From IMG/VR virus record IMGVR_UViG_3300033069_001465: a stretch of DNA of 64,000 nucleotides. The stretch is one strand, 5' to 3'. Each line of letters begins with the position of its first letter. Position 1 is the stretch's first letter. Positions 57,586 to 64,000 of the stretch are shown here, in pieces. The stretch is from a virus. Taxonomy: Duplodnaviria > Caudoviricetes. Position numbers and translations under genes: made by a program. The notes beneath the pieces are model-generated. The model saw only the letters and a list, made by a program, of their open reading frames with translations, did no database searches and was not told the DNA's origin.

Positions 57586-59772
57586 TTAAATGCTTCTGAA
57601 TCTTTCCATAATTGCGTTAACTTCACTGTCTGAAAGTCTATCTTCTTGTATTAGGCTTTCGTGAGCGACTAACTTCTTAGTTACAGATTCATTTTTCTTG
57701 AGATTTCTAGTTAACCAGAAATGTTCTACTTTTGATTCAGTATTTAATTCTGGGTATAATCTAGCTTGAGATAAGATAGATTTTCTAGATGCTTCATTTA
57801 GCTGACTCCAGATTGGCTTAATGTTTTCAGGCATCAATCTGACTAATTTTTCTTCAATTGATTCATTCTTAACTGAAAGTGCTTCAGAGATTAATTTTAA
57901 AACATCAGAACTTGAGTAATAACTCTTTTCGTTTATGTAAAGTTTAACTTGTTCTTGCTCATCGTTAGAAAGTTCATAATAACTATCAACTTGAGACTTG
58001 TTTAAGAATTTTAAGAAATTTAAATCGTTTGACTCAGAAACTTTACGTTTTTTAGCTTCTTCGATTAGTTTGTCTATTTGTAAAGATAGGTCGCTATCTG
58101 ATTCTCCATTATATTCAGTATTTTCACCAAATACTCTTTCTTCTTCACCAACTTCTTCATTACCACATTCATCACAATCTTCCTGATTATCTAATTGACC
58201 AGGTAAAACTTCTTCACCAGGTAATTCAGAACCTAAGTCCTGATTAGGTAATCCTTCTTCTTCAACAAATTCTTCTTCACCAGGTAATCCTACTTCGGAA
58301 GTATATTCATCAACCAAAGGAAATTCTTCATCATATTCGTCTTCTTCTTCAGGAAGCAATTCAAATCCTGCTTCGTTAAGTGTTGGGAATGATTCACCAC
58401 TATTTTCGAATACTTTACCACCGTTTAATTTCTCAGAAATCATGCCTGCATAAGTTACAGTTTTGTCTAAGTTTTCAGCGATATATTCAGAATAAGCAAT
58501 GTTATCATCTAAATGTTCTGCAATGTATTCGGAATATGCGATATTTCCTTCTACATGCTCTGCTAAATATTCAGAATAAGCAATTGAGTTATCTAAGTGT
58601 TCAGCTAAATATTCAGAATAAGAAATATTCTTATCAAGATTTTCAGCGATATACTCAGAGTATGCAATGTTCTTATCCAAGTTTTCAGCGATATATTCAG
58701 AATAAGCAATATTCTTATCAAGATTCTCAGCTAAATATTCAGAATAAGTAATGTTTTTGTCGATATTTTCAGCTAAATATTCAGAATAAGTAATGTTTTT
58801 GTCGATATTTTCAGCTAAGTATTCAGAGTAAGTAATGTTCTTATCTAAGCTTTCAGCTAAGTATTCAGAATAATTAATAGCTTTTTCTAAATTTTCAGCT
58901 AAGTAGTCATTGTGACTTACTAATTTTTCAGTAGTTGATTTTAATGATTTGTTTTCATTAACTACAACTTGAACTTTTTCTGCTAAGTAATCTAAATACT
59001 TAACAACTTGCTCGTTAGTTTTGTTTAACTCTTCGTAGTACTCTAAAAGTTGCTCTAATTTTTTCGGATTTAAGTTACCAGTTTTTAAGGCAGATTTAAC
59101 TTCCTTTTTAGTAGATGCAATCTCATTGATTATATACTTAGAATAATCTGTCAATTGATCTTTGGTAACGAATTCATTTTTGTTCATGTTGAATAGTTCG
59201 TTAATTTTTGACTCGTCGGACATTTCATATATCCTAAAGTTAGCGTTGTCTGTGTAACCAAATGACTCATTTACTGATGTCAATCTAGCAGAAGCAAAAC
59301 CTGGGTCAGCTACAATGTCGTAAGTGAATAACTTCTTCAATGTAACTGTTCCATTAGCTTCTGTAATACCAGCAGCTCTTGATGAAACGAACATTGGACA
59401 ACCATCATCTACTAATGCTTTTGCTTCTTTACCCCAATAAGTATTTAATAATCTAATTTGACCATCAACCCTATTGCTCTCCTTAACATAAAATGCTTTT
59501 TGAATAAGGTGAGAAGATCTTGATAATGAAGTATCAAATACATCAGGATGATCGAATTCACCATAAACTACACCCATAGTATTTATTCTTTCGTTTAATT
59601 CATCTAAACATGGAATAAATTTGTCTGCAGTGTAAATTCTTTCATTTCTGTTTTTAACACCAAACTCAGTAAATATACCACCTAACACATAGTCTTTCTT
59701 ACTAGCGCCTTCAGCGTTTTCATTCATACTAAGTGGGGTTGTATTGTTTTCAACAATTAATACTGGTTTCAT
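57586..59772 (-). CDS. Prohead protease (gp21-like) fused to scaffold-like region
   Basis: NRNERIY, GEFDHP, VSSRAAG, TYDIVADPG; long coiled-coil/acidic C-terminus. Confidence 0.88.
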   Translation of the reverse strand: MKPVLIVENNTTPLSMNENAEGASKKDYVLGGIFTEFGVKNRNERIYTADKFIPCLDELNERINTMGVVYGEFDHPDVFDTSLSRSSHLIQKAFYVKESNRVDGQIRLLNTYWGKEAKALVDDGCPMFVSSRAAGITEANGTVTLKKLFTYDIVADPGFASARLTSVNESFGYTDNANFRIYEMSDESKINELFNMNKNEFVTKDQLTDYSKYIINEIASTKKEVKSALKTGNLNPKKLEQLLEYYEELNKTNEQVVKYLDYLAEKVQVVVNENKSLKSTTEKLVSHNDYLAENLEKAINYSEYLAESLDKNITYSEYLAENIDKNITYSEYLAENIDKNITYSEYLAENLDKNIAYSEYIAENLDKNIAYSEYIAENLDKNISYSEYLAEHLDNSIAYSEYLAEHVEGNIAYSEYIAEHLDDNIAYSEYIAENLDKTVTYAGMISEKLNGGKVFENSGESFPTLNEAGFELLPEEEDEYDEEFPLVDEYTSEVGLPGEEEFVEEEGLPNQDLGSELPGEEVLPGQLDNQEDCDECGNEEVGEEERVFGENTEYNGESDSDLSLQIDKLIEEAKKRKVSESNDLNFLKFLNKSQVDSYYELSNDEQEQVKLYINEKSYYSSSDVLKLISEALSVKNESIEEKLVRLMPENIKPIWSQLNEASRKSILSQARLYPELNTESKVEHFWLTRNLKKNESVTKKLVAHESLIQEDRLSDSEVNAIMERFRSI
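58450..58911 (-). repeat. 11 x 42-nt coding tandem repeat (SEYLAENLDKNIAY)
   Basis: In frame, varying mostly at synonymous positions. Confidence 0.9.
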
Positions 59773-60000
59773 TTATTTGAATTTATTTTTGTAAAGTATA
59801 TATTCATCTCTAAAAACCTCAAAATTTTAAAGGTGGATTATTTATAGACAAAGGAAAAACTTTACCAAATTTGAATCCTATAATAATCATTAATAATGTA
59901 ATTAAGCTTGAAATTTTCGTAAAAAATGGTGATTTTAATATTTATTAAATTATTTTATAAATAGATACTTTTTTACAGGAACAATTTAAAAACTAAAAAA

Positions 60001-60402
60001 ATGATATTAACAAGAGAAGCTTCCATAAAGATAAACGAGTCCAACTATTCTTATTATGAAGAGTTAGGATACGATGTATCAATTGGTGATAAATTAACAA
60101 TACCAATTGAACTGTTATCAACAGGCAGTCATCAAAAAATAAGTTGCCAATGTGATAAGTGTGGAACTATTAAAGATGTAATTTTTAAAAATTACGTTAA
60201 ATATGGTAATAAATGGGGTGAATACTATTGTCGAAAATGTTCCGAACATAAAAGAAAGAAATCACTGAGCCTTAACTATGGGGTTGATTATCCAATTCAA
60301 AGCAAGGAGATCAAGAAAAAGATACAAAAAACCATGATAGAAAAATGGGGAGTTGACAACCCATCTAAGTCTAAAGAACTTCTAAACAAAAAATATAGGT
60401 AA
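60001..60402 (+). CDS. Zn-binding protein resembling the N-terminus of the 21238 endonuclease, no nuclease domain
   Basis: Y-x2-LGYD...IPIELL...CDKC; KYG/KWG repeats. Confidence 0.6.
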   Translation: MILTREASIKINESNYSYYEELGYDVSIGDKLTIPIELLSTGSHQKISCQCDKCGTIKDVIFKNYVKYGNKWGEYYCRKCSEHKRKKSLSLNYGVDYPIQSKEIKKKIQKTMIEKWGVDNPSKSKELLNKKYR

Positions 60403-62148
60403 TTAGAATTCAAACTCACCGCCACCTTGTGCTGGAGGAGGAGTTTCACCGCCACCTTGTGCTGGAGGAGTTTCACCACCGCCTTCTCCACCAAATTCAC
60501 CACCGCCCTCTCCACCAAATTCACCACCGCCTTCTCCACCAAATTCACCGCCTTGAGGTCCACCAAATTCACCACCGCCCTCTCCACCAAATTCACCACC
60601 TTCTCCACCACCTTGTGCGCTTCCAGCCCCTTTAGATTTAATCCAGTATGCTTTATTCTCTTCTTTTTCTTCTGGGGTTAATTTCATGATTTTATCAATT
60701 AGGTATTCAATATGAAAATAAGGTTGACCTTCAGCAGTTTGAATTCCTAGTAGACTTGATAATATAGATGATCTTTTTTCCATATTAGCCAATTTTTTCC
60801 ATTCTTCAAATATTTGATTTGAATTAAATGAAATATCAATTTGATTTAGGAATATTTCATCATCTTTTAATTCAGGAAATTCCATACACATTTGAAGTCT
60901 AAGAGATTTTACAATAAGCTCTTTAAAGTTAGATCTAATTCTATTAATAAAATTAGAAAATTTAACTTCATCTCTAGTCATCTCGGACGCATCTGAAAAA
61001 ACATTACCTCCTCCGTTTTCCTTTTCAAACCTTGAAAAAGGTATTTTAGATGCTCTTTTCAATGCATTGTAAAACCAAGTTAACATATCACTCTCATTTA
61101 AATTATGTCCCTCTGGTGATACTAGCTCCATGTTTGGAGTACCAGCTTCACCTTCAGGAAACCATATTTGCTTATTATAAGGAAGATGTTTTGTACCATT
61201 TATAGTTAATGTTCCTAAGGAATCATCCCATTCTACCTCTTCAGAATAATCTGATATTAGCTGACCAACTTGCTCCTCAGCTCTTTGTCTAGGTAACCCT
61301 TTGATAGGAATAGTGAACTTCTGATAGACAGTAGCATTAATAACGTTGAACATAATTCTAGTTTGCTCAATTATTTTTAACTGATTATAGGGTTTAATTA
61401 ATCCTTCTACATAAGAAGTTTCGGAATAATCATGCTGGGTTGAATAAGATATAAATACTATTTGAGAATCTAAAAATATTCTTCTTAATTGTGGATCTTC
61501 GGGATATTGAATCCAAAGATTACCAATAGATGGTTCATATGCCGGAACTAATGTTTCTGGTCTCATTCTATTGAAGTGAATAATATTCTTTTTCTTATCA
61601 TCCCATACAATTTCTAATGCAACATATCCATCAATTAGAAAATCCTTCATCATATTCCATGATGTTATACCATCGGAGAATCCAAACTTGTTATATATTT
61701 TTTCAAAATATTCTGTATACTTATCTTTAACATCTTGTGAATAATCATTAGATAATGGTTTTAGGAAACAAAAATCTCTATCATCATTATAAATAATAGA
61801 TTCATCAGCCACAGATGAAATGAAATCTCTTATTTCATCTTTGATAGAATATTCTCTTAAAATTCTTCTTTTATCAGAATACGCTCGATCTAAATATGGT
61901 ATAGACTTTCTATTTAATATTTGAGCAACGGCTTTTTGACTAAAGAAATCATACATTGAGTTCCCTTTTTGAGAATAGGGGTCCTCATTCATACCAACAC
62001 CTACAGTATTCCTGATGATCATATCATCATATTTCATTCCAAATGAACTAAGATTTCTTAACAGTCGATTAAACAATCCTTTATTTTCTACTGAAGAAGC
62101 AATATTTGTAGGTTGTTGCTGTTGGTTCAATGAATTGTATGAAGCCAT
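60403..62148 (-). CDS. Portal protein (T4 gp20-like)
   Basis: FLIDG, IKPYNQL, RASKIPFSRF, RDEVKF; upstream of protease and capsid. Confidence 0.9.
   Translation of the reverse strand: MASYNSLNQQQQPTNIASSVENKGLFNRLLRNLSSFGMKYDDMIIRNTVGVGMNEDPYSQKGNSMYDFFSQKAVAQILNRKSIPYLDRAYSDKRRILREYSIKDEIRDFISSVADESIIYNDDRDFCFLKPLSNDYSQDVKDKYTEYFEKIYNKFGFSDGITSWNMMKDFLIDGYVALEIVWDDKKKNIIHFNRMRPETLVPAYEPSIGNLWIQYPEDPQLRRIFLDSQIVFISYSTQHDYSETSYVEGLIKPYNQLKIIEQTRIMFNVINATVYQKFTIPIKGLPRQRAEEQVGQLISDYSEEVEWDDSLGTLTINGTKHLPYNKQIWFPEGEAGTPNMELVSPEGHNLNESDMLTWFYNALKRASKIPFSRFEKENGGGNVFSDASEMTRDEVKFSNFINRIRSNFKELIVKSLRLQMCMEFPELKDDEIFLNQIDISFNSNQIFEEWKKLANMEKRSSILSSLLGIQTAEGQPYFHIEYLIDKIMKLTPEEKEENKAYWIKSKGAGSAQGGGEGGEFGGEGGGEFGGPQGGEFGGEGGGEFGGEGGGEFGGEGGGETPPAQGGGETPPPAQGGGEFEF
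60415..60615 (-). repeat. Gly/Glu low-complexity repeats (GGEFGGEG; GGGETPPAQ) in the portal tail
   Basis: About 24-nt imperfect tandem units. Confidence 0.85.
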
Positions 62149-62219
62149 TTAAAATTTAAATATTTTTTCATATATATTAAAAAATAGTATATTGTTTATA
62201 TTCTAATATATTAATAAGT

Positions 62220-62912
62220 TTATTGCCCATATTTGTCAAGACTCTTTTGTATCCTTAGTATATGATTTTTTAATACTTTATAGTTATCCAATATATCATC
62301 AGACGCAGTAAAAAAATCATCAATTAATGATTTAGACATTTCTTTATGTCTTTCTCCTTGTTCTCCTATTTTAGCTTCCCATATTTCATATAACTTTTTA
62401 GGATCATATTTATTTATAGGATGTTGTGAGTATAGAAATCTAGGGACCATACTCATAGATATTTTATGTACGGCTTTGACTTGAGCCATATTATATTCAA
62501 CAATAGCATATTCAAATCCATATTTTAGTAATTCGCGATACATACCCTCATATGTTACTTTAAGCAATCTGTCATTTTCAAAATCTTCTTCTATTATAAA
62601 TTTATCAAAAATGGCAGCTCTTACTTCTAATGGTATGAAATTAAAATTAACCCCATGTATAATAATTAGGTTTTCAAATTTTTTAAAATCAATAGTAAAT
62701 ATTGGAGAATATTTCATCCAATTAGAATCATCCATATAATGTAGAAAATAAAACCCACCCAATTGAATTTTACCAATTGGTATATTCATTATATTATCAT
62801 CTGATTTAGAATAGGCATTATAAAAGAACAAAGAATTGTTTTTAAAATTCTCTACTATTCCATCACCGTGGACTAAATTGCTTAATTTTATTCTTTCTAA
62901 CAACTCTGCCAT
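62220..62912 (-). CDS. DNA end-protector-like protein (T4 gp2-like)
   Basis: G-x-FYFLHY...YSPIF...GVNFNFIP-x3-R pattern; near the gp4-like gene. Confidence 0.55.
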   Translation of the reverse strand: MAELLERIKLSNLVHGDGIVENFKNNSLFFYNAYSKSDDNIMNIPIGKIQLGGFYFLHYMDDSNWMKYSPIFTIDFKKFENLIIIHGVNFNFIPLEVRAAIFDKFIIEEDFENDRLLKVTYEGMYRELLKYGFEYAIVEYNMAQVKAVHKISMSMVPRFLYSQHPINKYDPKKLYEIWEAKIGEQGERHKEMSKSLIDDFFTASDDILDNYKVLKNHILRIQKSLDKYGQ

Positions 62913-63337
62913 TAAGTAAATATATTTCTTTTAAATATGTATTCTACTAATTTTAAACCACTTTTATATTCTTTGGACTCATATTTATCAAATTTAATAT
63001 GTGGGTATATATGAGTAATTCTATTTATAAAACTCAACATTATTTTCATAACGGCATTAGTATTAAAATTACTTGAATCTTTAGTAAATGATTCGTCTTC
63101 CGACTTAGCCTGTATTATTATGGAAAATGAATAAGGATCGATGGTAACCGGGATAAAAGATACAATTCGCGCTCTTGTTACTGGATGGTTGTTCATTGAA
63201 CAAACAATCACATCATAGTCATCACTTAACTCTGTTAAATAATCTTCAATATCCTCTATATTAACTTTAAATGTCTTTTGGAACTTTTCCCTTTCGATAA
63301 TAGAAATTGACTCATTAAATTTTTTGAGATACTTCAT
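62912..63337 (-). CDS. Hypothetical protein with capsid-targeting-like leader
   Basis: MKYLKKFNES; DIEDYLTELSD. Confidence 0.6.
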   Translation of the reverse strand: MKYLKKFNESISIIEREKFQKTFKVNIEDIEDYLTELSDDYDVIVCSMNNHPVTRARIVSFIPVTIDPYSFSIIIQAKSEDESFTKDSSNFNTNAVMKIMLSFINRITHIYPHIKFDKYESKEYKSGLKLVEYIFKRNIFT

Positions 63338-63341
63338 AATA

Positions 63342-63353
63342 TAATATATATTA
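63342..63353. promoter_or_regulatory. Palindromic putative late promoter TAATATATATTA
   Basis: Between divergent head genes. Confidence 0.65.
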
Positions 63354-63368
63354 AAAAATTTAAGTGGT

Positions 63369-63878
63369 ATGCTAAATAGTGCCCCCAGACAACCAGGTAA
63401 ATATAAACAAGGTCTTTACACTCCAAAGAATAAAGAAAAACTCATTAAAGCTAATTCATATGGTGGGGTTTTCTACCGATCTGGTTTAGAACATAAGATG
63501 ATGATATATTTAGATTCAAATGAAAGTGTTAAAGTGTGGGGAGCTGAACACTTAAGAATACCATATGAAAAAACTGAATACAATAGTAAGACCAAAGAAA
63601 TGGAAACCACATCACATGGATATTATCCAGATTTTTATTATGAATTAACTAGATCAGATGGATCGGTGTCAAGAGTTGTTGCTGAAGTAAAAGCTTCTAA
63701 TGAAACGGTAGAACCAAAATTACCAATTAAACCAACTGCTAAACAATTGAAAAATTTTGAATATGCTTTGAAAATGTGGAATAAAAACTTATCGAAGTGG
63801 AAATATATGATAGAATATTGTGAGAGAAAGGGATTTGAGTTTATAATAATAACTGAAAAACACCTATCAAAGAATTAA
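63369..63878 (+). CDS. Head completion nuclease (T4 gp4-like, TnsA-N fold)
   Basis: YKQG-x-YTPKN, YRSGLE, WGAE, YYPDF, AEVK, N-x2-KW, ITE. Confidence 0.85.
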   Translation: MLNSAPRQPGKYKQGLYTPKNKEKLIKANSYGGVFYRSGLEHKMMIYLDSNESVKVWGAEHLRIPYEKTEYNSKTKEMETTSHGYYPDFYYELTRSDGSVSRVVAEVKASNETVEPKLPIKPTAKQLKNFEYALKMWNKNLSKWKYMIEYCERKGFEFIIITEKHLSKN

Positions 63879-64000
63879 ATGTATTCCCTTAAGGAATAGA
63901 TATGATAGCAATCCTATACAAACTAAGCTAGAAATCATATCATATACGTCATTAAATTTTCTTGATTTGAAAAATAGTACTAAAAATTTAATAGAAGAAA
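63867..64000 (-). CDS. 3' end of a probable membrane protein (starts outside the window)
   Basis: Open frame ...IKFLVLFFK...ISSLVCIGLLSYLFLKGIHLIL*. Confidence 0.4.
   Translation of the reverse strand, partial: SSIKFLVLFFKSRKFNDVYDMISSLVCIGLLSYLFLKGIHLIL

Noticed and set aside
58450-58911. CRISPR array
   Set aside because: The 42-nt units are contiguous, in frame and have no unique spacers
59773-60000. Replication origin
   Set aside because: AT-rich but no iterons or clear repeats; explained by divergent promoters
3205-60681. Shadow ORFs in the track (e.g. 3205, 9793, 11223, 23084, 41560, 43630, 53181, 58380, 60297, 60427)
   Set aside because: They overlap well-supported genes in other frames or strands and mirror their low-complexity codons
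63369-63878. Tn7-like transposon (TnsA)
   Set aside because: No TnsB/TnsC; motifs and position near gp2-like and portal genes fit T4 gp4
1-64000. Stop-codon reassignment as in some Bacteroidota jumbo phages
   Set aside because: Core genes are full length in code 11 and coding density is high; no TAG/TGA-fragmented genes seen
1-64000. Retron, DGR or other reverse-transcriptase system
   Set aside because: No RT motif set in any ORF and no template/variable repeat pair noticed

Overview
A very AT-rich 64 kb segment of a T4-like (gp20/gp21/gp23-type) jumbo phage genome read in the standard genetic code. Host-type TAnnTTTG/TTTG promoters, a tmRNA tag resuming on Gly and a Bacteroidota-style lipoprotein point to a Bacteroidota host. 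Core genes: portal, fused prohead protease-scaffold, major capsid protein, gp2- and gp4-like proteins, gp41 helicase, DinG-like helicase, the N-terminal half of a split B-family polymerase, class II RNR, ThyA, Fpg/Nei, two DNA methyltransferases, about 8 free-standing homing-endonuclease-type genes and an intein. Main unexplained signals: (1) about 22 unrelated late proteins share an N-terminal leader resembling the T4 capsid-targeting sequence, suggesting a large packaged and injected cargo, partly as protease-cleaved polyproteins; (2) a phage tmRNA with a non-canonical T-loop and a long tag, flanked by two hairpins carrying four copies of one internal-loop motif, followed by a uORF/hairpin-controlled gene; (3) three 'SCM' enzymes and an M28 peptidase sharing an N-terminal module; (4) a shared C-terminal R-x-x-K-L-x-x-L motif on small, mostly early proteins; (5) three promoter classes readable from the sequence. 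All family calls come from motif recognition by eye, with no database search.
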